A stretch of 64,000 nucleotides of DNA from an uncultured virus (IMG/VR IMGVR_UViG_3300043105_000062). Taxonomy: Duplodnaviria; Heunggongvirae; Uroviricota; Caudoviricetes. This document shows positions 36,115 through 46,000 of the stretch, one piece after another (the first letter of the stretch is position 1; each line of letters starts with the position of its first letter). Under the pieces are notes generated by a model, which was not told the origin of the DNA, made no database searches, and saw only the letters and a program-made list of their open reading frames with translations. The position numbers and the translations under genes were made by a program. The stretch lies in the IMG/VR virus record IMGVR_UViG_3300043105_000062, positions 1-64,000 of that record. The stretch is one strand, 5' to 3'.

Positions 36115-39100
36115 TAGCTTATTGTATAAATTTCAATTAACAAATCTCCGTCATTAGCAGAGGCATCATCGCTTATTTCTATTGTCATCGACGTATTTGA
36201 CATCGACACTAATGTTCCTTTCATCATCGTATCGCCATATCCTGTCAGATTAACAATAGTGTTGCTAACAGACAGATTTAGCGTACTCCATGAATCAGGG
36301 AAAGCACATACTAAATGAATGTGATTCTTAGAAATATTTGAGTCGTCGCTGTTTGTCTTTCTTGTAACTGATGTAATGGACAGCCCATTAAAAGACAAAT
36401 GATTACTTGCATAATATGTGCTGCTTGATGAATTGCATGTGATCTTGCCTTTCCAAACAAGCAACGGCATCTTCATCCAGCTACCACTGTGATGTTTATA
36501 TTGTAAGCCTTGGTCTGAAAGCATCAAACCATATCCAGACTCCTCTGCCTTAAAGTGCATCTTGCTACTTGAATCTTTCCATACAGAAACGTATTGTGAA
36601 GCTGAGATACCAAGACAAAACCCGTTAGCAAAATATCGGCTAACATAAAATTCATTAATATAAGTTGCAGCCAAATTAGCACCACCGGAATATGAACTGC
36701 CCCAAGTGATTTTCGCAGAGCTGCTGTCTCCCTTGGCAGTTACATATCCTTTCATTACAATTCTATGATACCCTTTAGTCTGAGACGTAACAGAGCGTAA
36801 ATCCATTAATGAGTCTGTAGCAGAGTTGCTTGACTGCACGTTACTACTTGACACAGATGGATGATAACCGTCACTGTCTGCTACAGCCATTGAAGAAGAT
36901 GCGTAAGCTGACCTACTCCATATTGGATACGACTTAACATTTTGTGTGAAGTCTGCATCGTCAGCTACTTCAAGAGTAAACGCCACATACGCTTCCGCAT
37001 AAGATTTGTTATAACTCTCAAGAGTTGGAGGAGTTATAGTCGAACTATTGCCAGAAGAACTGCCGTTAGAAACTTCTCTATAGCCACCTGAGTACGCCGA
37101 AATAACAACTTTACCAGCATCAAAAGTTAAACGTAAAGGCGAATCACTATACCATACTGCTGAATATAATGTAGGCATGTTAATTCTTATACCGGATGTA
37201 CCAGTACTTGAATATGACCCTTTCTGAATTGAGTTATTACTAACAGTAGGCGTCAAATCCGCAGTACCCTTGATAGTGTTTTGGTAAATTCCATCAGCAC
37301 CATCTGAATATGTCTTACCTGACAACGCAGTGCCTAATACACCATCTGCATCATAGATAGCAATTTGTTGAGTATTGGGGTCAATTTCTATGTGTTCGCC
37401 ATCATCAAAACCAGCAAAAATATGTTTAACGATTAAGTTATCTGTATCAATCAAATCACTTGTAATCGTACCAGCAACAATCTGATCGGCTCTCAGTGTT
37501 CCGGTATAAATACCATTTTTATCAATATATGTAGTAACCTTATCTGAGGATGTGGCATCATACACCGTAGCAACTGCAACCTTCCATGTTACTGATAGAG
37601 CTAATTGCGGGGGAGTAAGACCATTACGTATGCGGATAGCTAAAGAATCATCTGTTACATCACCATACACAGCATAGCCACTATCGTTATCAATCTCCAG
37701 TGCAAAATGATTAATGGTGCTAAATGTGCCATCCTCACCGCACGTTACAAGACAAAGATATTCAGTATATGCGCCAGTGCCACTACGAGACGTGAGCCAC
37801 TTAGATGTGCCTCCATCGCCATAGGCATTGTGAAAATTACTAATCTTCCAGCCAACCGGGATCTTAGCCACAATGCGCACCAAAAACTGACCATTCTTTT
37901 TTGAGTCATTTGAAAACGCAAACCCCGCTAATCGTAAATCTGAAGCATTACGCCAGCGAGAAACGACCATGCTTAATACTTTACCGCTATCATTAGGAGC
38001 AGTATCGTCATCAGCTATACTTTTCGTCAAATTAACACGGGCTGTGCCTATTGCGCTTGAATCATCAGGGTCATACAAACAATAATCAGTCGTGCTGTCG
38101 TCGGTTAAAGTGATTGTACCCCCTTCTCCATCGCCTTCAAACACGATTACTGAGGATGCGGTCAAATCACTCAACGCATCAGCTTCTACGAACTGGATAG
38201 ACGTAGAATTAGACAGCCATTGATAACCGGTCCATAGCGGTGTATCAATACCCTTAATGCGAATTTTAGTAATTCGAACTGAGCCAATGAGCTTGATGCC
38301 ATTCGTCTGAAGGAATGACAAATAGTCGCCAACTGTTAAGCTGACGTTACGACTATATAAGTATGATTTAGTATCATTATATCCGCTGGCAAATTCAGGA
38401 TCACGATAGAGCATAGTTCCAAATGCCATCATCTGAGCAGCGGTTATGCCTTCCTCCCAGAACAACTTAACGGAGTCGTCAAAAGACATCACGCCATTTG
38501 CATCCCAAGTGATTTTTCCTCCAGCGATTGAACCGGCGCCACTCGCATCCCAACTTACATTACCTCCAGCAACATAGCCGGCACCATCAGTGTCCCAACT
38601 AATTTTACCTCCGGCTAAAGCGCCAGAACCATCTTTAACAAGCTTCCATAAATGTCCATAAATACCACTATTTAGTAGCAACATAGAATTTGCTTGAGCA
38701 AATCCGTCATCTGCCAACGTTGATGAGCCAACATATAATGCAGTATCATCAAATATCCATGCAGCGATTGAATTATAGCCGGCAGTACTGAGATAAAAAC
38801 TCTTATTTCCTGACTTATCATAAGCTCTCATTATAGAGTTTGCTCCGTCAGAATATATGTAAATGCCACCATTACGATTAATGGTAGTCAATAACGCTGA
38901 TGAACTTATCTCACTCAAATCAGCTGGAGACACAAACAAACCGCAATACAAATCCTGAGATATGAGTGCGGCATGAGAGGATGAAAATCTTCCGTCTCTC
39001 ATCAGCCACCCGAACATCTCAGCAGTCTCCGTTCCAAAGCTAACAGAACCACCTACAAAAGCGGCAGTACCGTCAGCGTCAATGTACCACTTATTAGAGC

Positions 39101-40307
39101 GCAATCCATTAGGAGCTAATGTCAGCTCTCCTGAATTGGTCGCATAAGCGTTTTGTGTAAGATACGGGGCATCGCTTCCGGTCCATATAGCAGCAGTGTT
39201 GAAGTTCCAGCCGGCAATCATATTGGTTGAGCCAAGTTGGAACACCTTACCAGATACGCTCCAACCTGCAAAGCCGAAATCTGAGGTTGATGTGTACCAC
39301 ATTTTCACACCGCCGGTTGGGGTTTCCGGAAAGTCAATAATACCAGTCTTTATGTTTATGCTTTGAAAGAGTGACGCATCAATACCAATCCAACCGTTTG
39401 AATCAATAATAGTCTTATTGTTATACAGCTGACGAGTATTGATAGCCCACCCAGCGATATTACCGCCTGAAGCCCTAATAGTGCCTGCAAATGAAGCATC
39501 GCCATTTGAGCTGAAAGACACGTTACCCTTAGCAAAAATCGCACTACCATCAGAATAAAGTCCCCAATACGGGTCTGATGAATTTGGGTCTTGCGCATAG
39601 ATCGAGCCTTCAGCTAAAATATTGAGCACGCCGTCAGAAGATTGGAGACCGGTCTCATTAATAGTCCAGCCACCAATCAAGCCTCCTTCAGCGTTAATAT
39701 GAAAGATTTCCTTGTCCTTTAGATAACCATAAATGCCGACGCTATTCTCGCCCGAACCGAGAAGGTCCGGACCGATATAAACGCCTGTAAGCGCACCTTC
39801 TTTCCATGTCGGAACATCATCAACATAAGTGATGACATCTTCCTTCTTGCCGACAAAGAGCTTAGGGGTCATAATATATGTACCGCCAACTTTTGTCTTA
39901 GTACCCTCCCAGTCTTGAATCCAATCAAGCATTGTTGCTTCACGAATCACTGAGAACGAGAAACGCACAGTGGTTTGATAATTAGTGTTATCAAGAACGA
40001 CAATCTCAAAATCCACATACCCTGACAGAGTTGTGTTAGAGATAGAGCTTAAAAGGAATTGAATTGCTACGCCACTTGACGCAGAAACCGAGACTGAAAC
40101 ATCTGAGGAACTCGTCGTCACGTTAACCAACCCAAAGAGAAGGTCTTTTGAACCACGCTTAACCGTAATCACACCCTTAGCATTATCCAGCTTAGGGTTC
40201 GAGCCATCGAAATCAGCATTAATGGTACAAGACGCCGGGGTAATCGCCACTGTATAAGCGTCGTTTACCGTATTAAGAGTTATTTCACCTTTTGCGATTG
40301 TACCCAT
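36114..40307 (-). CDS. Large tail fibre protein
   Basis: 1397 aa; repeated IAGW/IGGW motifs and tandem G-x2-AGG-x-I-x-WD-x2-G repeats. Confidence 0.75.
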   Translation of the reverse strand: MGTIAKGEITLNTVNDAYTVAITPASCTINADFDGSNPKLDNAKGVITVKRGSKDLLFGLVNVTTSSSDVSVSVSASSGVAIQFLLSSISNTTLSGYVDFEIVVLDNTNYQTTVRFSFSVIREATMLDWIQDWEGTKTKVGGTYIMTPKLFVGKKEDVITYVDDVPTWKEGALTGVYIGPDLLGSGENSVGIYGYLKDKEIFHINAEGGLIGGWTINETGLQSSDGVLNILAEGSIYAQDPNSSDPYWGLYSDGSAIFAKGNVSFSSNGDASFAGTIRASGGNIAGWAINTRQLYNNKTIIDSNGWIGIDASLFQSINIKTGIIDFPETPTGGVKMWYTSTSDFGFAGWSVSGKVFQLGSTNMIAGWNFNTAAIWTGSDAPYLTQNAYATNSGELTLAPNGLRSNKWYIDADGTAAFVGGSVSFGTETAEMFGWLMRDGRFSSSHAALISQDLYCGLFVSPADLSEISSSALLTTINRNGGIYIYSDGANSIMRAYDKSGNKSFYLSTAGYNSIAAWIFDDTALYVGSSTLADDGFAQANSMLLLNSGIYGHLWKLVKDGSGALAGGKISWDTDGAGYVAGGNVSWDASGAGSIAGGKITWDANGVMSFDDSVKLFWEEGITAAQMMAFGTMLYRDPEFASGYNDTKSYLYSRNVSLTVGDYLSFLQTNGIKLIGSVRITKIRIKGIDTPLWTGYQWLSNSTSIQFVEADALSDLTASSVIVFEGDGEGGTITLTDDSTTDYCLYDPDDSSAIGTARVNLTKSIADDDTAPNDSGKVLSMVVSRWRNASDLRLAGFAFSNDSKKNGQFLVRIVAKIPVGWKISNFHNAYGDGGTSKWLTSRSGTGAYTEYLCLVTCGEDGTFSTINHFALEIDNDSGYAVYGDVTDDSLAIRIRNGLTPPQLALSVTWKVAVATVYDATSSDKVTTYIDKNGIYTGTLRADQIVAGTITSDLIDTDNLIVKHIFAGFDDGEHIEIDPNTQQIAIYDADGVLGTALSGKTYSDGADGIYQNTIKGTADLTPTVSNNSIQKGSYSSTGTSGIRINMPTLYSAVWYSDSPLRLTFDAGKVVISAYSGGYREVSNGSSSGNSSTITPPTLESYNKSYAEAYVAFTLEVADDADFTQNVKSYPIWSRSAYASSSMAVADSDGYHPSVSSSNVQSSNSATDSLMDLRSVTSQTKGYHRIVMKGYVTAKGDSSSAKITWGSSYSGGANLAATYINEFYVSRYFANGFCLGISASQYVSVWKDSSSKMHFKAEESGYGLMLSDQGLQYKHHSGSWMKMPLLVWKGKITCNSSSSTYYASNHLSFNGLSITSVTRKTNSDDSNISKNHIHLVCAFPDSWSTLNLSVSNTIVNLTGYGDTMMKGTLVSMSNTSMTIEISDDASANDGDLLIEIYTIS

Positions 40308-40329
40308 ATCTGTTCTGGTCTTTTATAGA

Positions 40330-40357
40330 GAATAGTCAAATCTTCTTCATAAAGGGG
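40330..40357 (-). promoter_or_regulatory. Candidate late promoter CC-N18-CTATTC
   Basis: Minus strand CCCC-N18-CTATTC, 22 nt before ATG 40307. Confidence 0.55.
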
Positions 40358-40376
40358 ATAGACGCTGCTCTTATTC

Positions 40377-41024
40377 TTACATTTTGAACTGGAGCATTTC
40401 CGGGTAATCGGCGGTGATGTCAAAGTCACGTAATTCATCAATAGCTTGCGCTTGCGTGATAGCCACTTGATGCTGAGCAGTCACGTTATAGCAATCCAAA
40501 GCATACAATTCAAGCTGAGAAAGCGCTGCCAGTGCATCGGTAACTTTCATGCGAACCATCAAGCCATCGAACCACAAACAAGTTTCTTCTCGTCCTGCTT
40601 CCTTTTCGATAGTGATGGAGTTTACAAGCCCCACTCTGGTAGCCTTGTCAAGCCATAGCGCAACGTCATTCAAATAGAATTGATTGACTTTATTGCTACT
40701 GTCGTAACCTTGTATTTGAACCTTACGGATTGCCTTCCAGCTATCGACATCCTCATCAGTCTGGAAGTAACGCAATATAGCCTCCAGTTCGGTATTAGAT
40801 GCCATAGCCAGATGTGCCGGGTCAACTACATCCAGAAATGCTGAGAGCGTTTTATCAGAGAGCACGTAACGGTCAGTCACGCTCTCAAAACGCTCAGGTT
40901 GGTTTTCTTGCGGCTCTTCGATTTCAGCCACATTAAGGTTCAGCCAGACTATCCAGCTGCCCTTTTTATAGCCGCCATTACTGATTGTGGCAGGCTCCGT
41001 GTTGAATTTATATACTTGTTTCAT
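40377..41024 (-). CDS. DUF4376-like tail-fibre-associated protein
   Basis: YDSSNKVNQF...WLDKATRVGL...LELYALDCYNVTAQH...YPE. Confidence 0.7.
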   Translation of the reverse strand: MKQVYKFNTEPATISNGGYKKGSWIVWLNLNVAEIEEPQENQPERFESVTDRYVLSDKTLSAFLDVVDPAHLAMASNTELEAILRYFQTDEDVDSWKAIRKVQIQGYDSSNKVNQFYLNDVALWLDKATRVGLVNSITIEKEAGREETCLWFDGLMVRMKVTDALAALSQLELYALDCYNVTAQHQVAITQAQAIDELRDFDITADYPEMLQFKM

Positions 41025-41036
41025 ATCAGAGTCCTT

Positions 41037-42518
41037 CTATCTAATAATAGTTTTCCATTTCTTTTTCAGAGTAACTTTTGTGACATATCTTGAGATTTTG
41101 AAGTAACGCTTAAACTCATGTGAATAGATAAGCGGTTTCATAATACGTCGGCGCAAACGATATGTTTTGCGGTCCTTACAAAAGCCAAGATATGAATTGA
41201 GAGTAGCAAGTATATGGTCGAGGTCGGCTGAGGTGATTTCTCGTTCCGAAACTTTCATGTAACGCTCAATACCGATAACTTTATCACGGAAGCGACCAAG
41301 TGTGCGATTACTGAGATATATGCGACCGTTCTTCAGGTACGAGCCGACAAACATTACGCCTTTGCTCGTAGGCTGGATGTAACGCTTATCCTTGTGCATC
41401 GTCAGTTCCATTGCCTTGATTTTGATTTCAGCCGCTTTTATCATCCATTTCAACGCTTTCTTATCGTTGCAAACAATGATAAAATCATCTACAAAACGCT
41501 GGAATGAACAACGGATACCTTGTGCTTCCAGTTTCTTCACACAATCCATCATAAAAGCATCGAAGTCCGTCATGTAGAAATTGGCAAATAGCTGGGTAGT
41601 TAGGTTCCCGATAGGCGCCCCTCGCCCTTTACCGGAACGGAATAGAGATTTGTTATGCGCCAACCCAGCCCAATCAGCGGGCTTGGAATTGAACATACAA
41701 TTCAATTCGGGTCGGTGCATAACAACTACTTCTATGAGCCAAATTAGCAAGTTCTTGAAATCGCCATGATATTGCGCCTGTGCAAACTCAATAAGCTGGT
41801 CGCACATACGGCGCTGAGGTAAGGACATGAAGAAGCCAACCAAGTCGCCTCTGAAAAGATAGGCTTCCTGACCATAGCTGTAAGTTACTTCTTTGATTGC
41901 GTTGAATACGCTGTTAACCGCTGAACGTGTTCCAAATCCAACACGGCAGTTATGCGTAACGTTTCCTATGCTCTCGTTCAGTTCCTCAAAATGCGGCACT
42001 AATCGCATACATATCCAGTGATGTATGATACGGTCACGGAAAGCGGCTGCGAATACCTCTCTGAGTTTCGGGAATCTGACGAGAAAGCAGGTTGATGTAG
42101 TGGGCTTGTATGTTCCTTCTATAAGTTCGGTAGTAAGTATATCCAGGTCCTCGTTAGCGATAGGGATATAGTCTTGACATTGTTGACTGGAAGTCTTACC
42201 TCGACAACAATCCTCATAGGCTAATTGGAGAGTCTGCCTAAGTTGAAGCCAAGCCTTTGTCGGATGAGCTACAGCAGGGCGAACAACGTTAGTGTTGTAC
42301 TTGTTGTTGTTGTTGCTATTACCATTGCCGAAATTGACGTTCCACGAGTTGTTGGATGAGTTCTCGGTGGATGACCAATGGTTGCCAGTGCTGTTTATAT
42401 GCGGTTGTGCAGCTTCGTAACTCCGGACATAGTTAATACCATGCCACGGAGTCAACCGCCCATATCCGAGCAAAGCTCTAAGCTCTCTCCCGATGTAGCG
42501 TTTATCAGGCTTCATCAT
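41037..42518 (-). CDS. DGR reverse transcriptase (N-terminus encodes the TR)
   Basis: PKLREVFAAAFRDRIIHH, DLVGFFMS, GAPIGNLTTQLFANFYM, RFVDD, FVG, SYLG. Confidence 0.93.
   Translation of the reverse strand: MMKPDKRYIGRELRALLGYGRLTPWHGINYVRSYEAAQPHINSTGNHWSSTENSSNNSWNVNFGNGNSNNNNKYNTNVVRPAVAHPTKAWLQLRQTLQLAYEDCCRGKTSSQQCQDYIPIANEDLDILTTELIEGTYKPTTSTCFLVRFPKLREVFAAAFRDRIIHHWICMRLVPHFEELNESIGNVTHNCRVGFGTRSAVNSVFNAIKEVTYSYGQEAYLFRGDLVGFFMSLPQRRMCDQLIEFAQAQYHGDFKNLLIWLIEVVVMHRPELNCMFNSKPADWAGLAHNKSLFRSGKGRGAPIGNLTTQLFANFYMTDFDAFMMDCVKKLEAQGIRCSFQRFVDDFIIVCNDKKALKWMIKAAEIKIKAMELTMHKDKRYIQPTSKGVMFVGSYLKNGRIYLSNRTLGRFRDKVIGIERYMKVSEREITSADLDHILATLNSYLGFCKDRKTYRLRRRIMKPLIYSHEFKRYFKISRYVTKVTLKKKWKTIIR
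42268..42394 (-). repeat. DGR template repeat (TR)
   Basis: 127-bp ungapped match to 43100-43226; 42 adenines and 14 AAY codons on the coding strand. Confidence 0.95.
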
Positions 42519-43020
42519 CGGGACCCTCGCTTTGTTCTAATGAGCTGCGCCATGCTACGAGTTGGCGCGTCACGGCATCAAATGATGCAGTCAGCTGCTT
42601 GTGCTTCTTATCGCTAACGAGACCGGACATACAGTTGAGCATAATCTTTATCACGCTCATTAAAGAAATAGATTCTTCGATAGCATTTTGTTTAAGTAGC
42701 GGATCACGGTGATTGTATGCCGAAGCGGTCCATCGGATCATCTCAGCATAGTTTTGAAGAAGCATGTCAGTAATCTTGACAGTCTTCTTCGGCATAAGTT
42801 GTACAATTTCTATAAGCAGTCTCATTGAAGAATGTAACGACCTGTAAATGGGCGTGTTTTGAAAACCAGCAGCCTTCTTTTGTGCTGCTCTTTTGTTGCG
42901 GCGAGCGCGATTAATTTCATCGTTAGAGAGAATAACTTGCTCTCCAGGTTCAGTAGGTACGCCGGTATCAAACAGGTCGCATACCTCTTCAAAGGACATT
43001 TGTTTGCCTTGGATTTCCAT
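42505..43020 (-). CDS. avd: DGR accessory variability determinant (Avd-like four-helix bundle)
   Basis: 171 aa helical protein, PIY...MPK...RQLVAW pattern; lies between target and TR/rt. Confidence 0.8.
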   Translation of the reverse strand: MEIQGKQMSFEEVCDLFDTGVPTEPGEQVILSNDEINRARRNKRAAQKKAAGFQNTPIYRSLHSSMRLLIEIVQLMPKKTVKITDMLLQNYAEMIRWTASAYNHRDPLLKQNAIEESISLMSVIKIMLNCMSGLVSDKKHKQLTASFDAVTRQLVAWRSSLEQSEGPDDEA

Positions 43021-43048
43021 TGATTTTTAAATTTATTTAACAGTTATA

Positions 43049-43073
43049 GGCGAGTTGCCAGAGGCAACTCGCC
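43049..43073. promoter_or_regulatory. DGR target-recognition hairpin downstream of VR/IMH
   Basis: Perfect 11-bp stem GGCGAGTTGCC-AGA-GGCAACTCGCC, 7 nt after the target stop codon. Confidence 0.75.
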
Positions 43074-43080
43074 AGGAAGA

Positions 43081-46000
43081 TTAAAGAAAAAACTGATAGG
43101 CTACAGCAGGGCGAACAACGTAAGTGCCGTGCTTGATGCCGTTGTTGCTACTACCATTGCCGAAATCGACGTACCACGAGCCGTAGGATGAGCCCTCGGT
43201 GGACGACCAATGGTTGCCAGTGCTGTGCTGGGTGAACGGTGCGGAACCGTTTGCCACCAAAGCACGCCAAAGAGCCATCGAATAAATCGGTTTCTCAGCC
43301 TCTACCAGGCTATGGAAATAGCGGTTAATTGCAGCTATCTCTATACCAGTATAGTTTCTGTACTCCACATGAGAGGGAGAAACATTCAAATTTATTTCAT
43401 TTGACTCCTCTGAAGCCAATGCGTCAGTAATCATTGTGTCAATGACACTTGCAGCTGGAGACGTATTCTGACCAACAGAATAAGTGTCACCCATGCCGCC
43501 TGTTCTTGACTTAGCAAAGAAACTGTACTGACGATATTCTTCACCACAAGCAGGGAGATACCAGTTTGTCGAAGCATACTGAGGATCAAGCTCCTCGCCA
43601 TCCTTAACGGTAGGCTGATAGAGATAACATCCAAATCCGGCAGGATAAAGGAACTGTTGATACTTCGTCAGGTTGTTATTGGCCTTGTAAAGTATCTCCA
43701 TAGCATTTGCCATTTCCTCAACGGTAGTCGGAACTTCAGCGAACTCGTGATTTACGCCGTCATCGTCATCATAGTTAGTTGCAACTGACTCATTAGCATC
43801 TGACAACAAGTAAGCTGAGATGATTTGAGTTGCGTGCTTCACGATTGCAAGCGTTTTGTTCTTGCCACTCCAGTCGGTAACACAACCAGAACCGGTACTG
43901 TAATCCTTGAAGCCATCGTCTTCATTGGTGTCGATGTAGTTTCCGGTTGTCAAATAGCCATTATCTGTACCACCAGACAGGCCTCGACTACCGATATTGC
44001 TAATACCCGGAAGGTCAAAAATGCTTGAGATACCGGTTGCGGCGATAATCTCATTCTGAATTGCAGTATGACCATTCGAGTCGTTTGACGGATAAAGACC
44101 CCAAACCGTACTACCGGTATTGATAAAGCCATCAGTGCTCTTGCAAGGAAGATTTTCTTTACAGTCGATACTCAGCTGATAACCAACGAGTTTATGACTT
44201 GCTTTGTAGGTCTCGGTAGGCTTGTTGTAACCGGTGTAAATAGTCGGTTCAGCGTCGCTATCACCTTGCCACATCTCATCAATTTTGTAGATGATACCAA
44301 CCAGCGTCTTATCTTTCAGATACTGGTCATCAAACGTGCCGTCAGCATAAGCGAAGTCTCCAATCTTCGGGATTCTACGATAAAAGCCAACTTGGAACTC
44401 TGATACAAGAGTTGTGCCGCCCGTCTTAGTCACAGTACACTGAGCAACATATCGAGTGTCCGTGCCGCTTTCATCCAGCTTAGTTACTTTCAAGACACCG
44501 TTAACAGAGTCAGTGAAAGAAGCGTATGCCTTAGCAGCATCGTCGATTTCCCAAAGAACATCCAGCTTACCGTCCTTGACAGCCACGTCGTTACCAGTTG
44601 AAGGCGAACAAACGACTTCATATTGGTATGTACCGGTCTCTGAAATGTATGTTAAACCGTTGACTGTTATGCTGTTAATGCTACGCTTGGTATAGCTGAG
44701 GTACAACGAATTTGAAGTAGAGTCGATGTTTCCGTATATGCCAACCAGCGCAACCTTATTAGCAAAAGTCACAGTTCCGGTCAAGCTGATAGTTCCGGTC
44801 AAAGAAGCTTTCAACTTCTGCAACCACATCATCACGTCAACCGATACGCCGGTCCAGCTTACATTGTCAATCTGAACGCTGTTTGCGTTTGCAGCCTGAG
44901 AGTAAGCGAGCTGAACGATTGATTGCGTCTGTTTCTGAATTTTATGCTTGCCAACGATACGGAGGGTACGCAAACTTGACAAACCATCAATCGTCAGACT
45001 GGCAAGGTTAGGCTGACCGTCAACCGTAATAGCATTGACGGTACTCGGCAATTCGACCTCAGTCAACGTAGAAGTCTTAGGAAGCGACGCACTGGTGTAA
45101 GCAGAGCCACTGAGGAGGAGCTTTCTTAAACGTGGAAGGTCGGCTGAGAATGTTCCTGAGAAAGCCGAAGCGTTAGTCAAGTTCACTTCCTCCAAGTTAC
45201 GGCAATTTGAGATTACCAAGCCTTTCGGGTGGAACTCAATAGGCACACCGTCTTCAGACCAACATTCCAGTTTACGCAAACGCTTACCTGTGATAGTGAC
45301 GCTACCGTCTTCACCGCAAGGCAATGTACCAAGATTGCCAATGCTCTTAGCGTAGTGCATCCATCTCAGTGTAAACTGGGTATTAGAGTCGGTGCTGGCG
45401 ATAACCAGTCGTACCGTTTCGCCGGGAGCACACAGATACGGGTCGCTACCTTGGCTTACCCATTCGCCATCAATCTTGGCATACAGAGTAGCGATGTAAC
45501 CGCCGACTGCAAGCTTCGGATAAATGTATTGATATGCAGTGTATTCAATGTCGTATGTCGGTGATTGACCGCTGACACTGTTTACTGAACGGAAGCTGAC
45601 TGTACCATCGCCACCGGTTTCATACTCGCACCATGACATCAACATCGGAAGACGCTGGTTCATAAATTGCTTTTCGCACTCCAGCTGGTCGCCTACTGCC
45701 TGAGTGATAGGGTCTTGGCTCACATCAATCAAGCCATTCATCAACTTAACCTGAGCAACCTCGTAGAGAAGGCGGCTGGTTTCGTTATATGCAACAGCAG
45801 GGAAGTACTCTTGAACCCAGTAGAAACGTTGTTGGAAGTAGTTTTCAACGCTACCTGCAATCTGTGCCATCTGAGCGAACATGTTACGCATCATTGTGCG
45901 CATACGTTCAGGATATGCACGCTCGATCAACGTGTAGAGAACGTTGTTTTCACCGTTCCAGTAGTTGCTGCCACTTGCATCCTTAGTATGTTCAAGTACA

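Noticed and set aside
31345..40307. Second DGR variable repeat in other tail genes
   Set aside because: I found no further TR-like sequence by eye; a BLAST of the TR against the whole genome would be decisive
42294..42316. (GTT)n microsatellite or CRISPR-like repeat
   Set aside because: It is the AAC codon run of the DGR template repeat; I saw no repeat-spacer array in the window
41037..42518. Group II intron or retron RT
   Set aside because: The adjacent avd and the adenine-specific TR/VR pair identify a DGR
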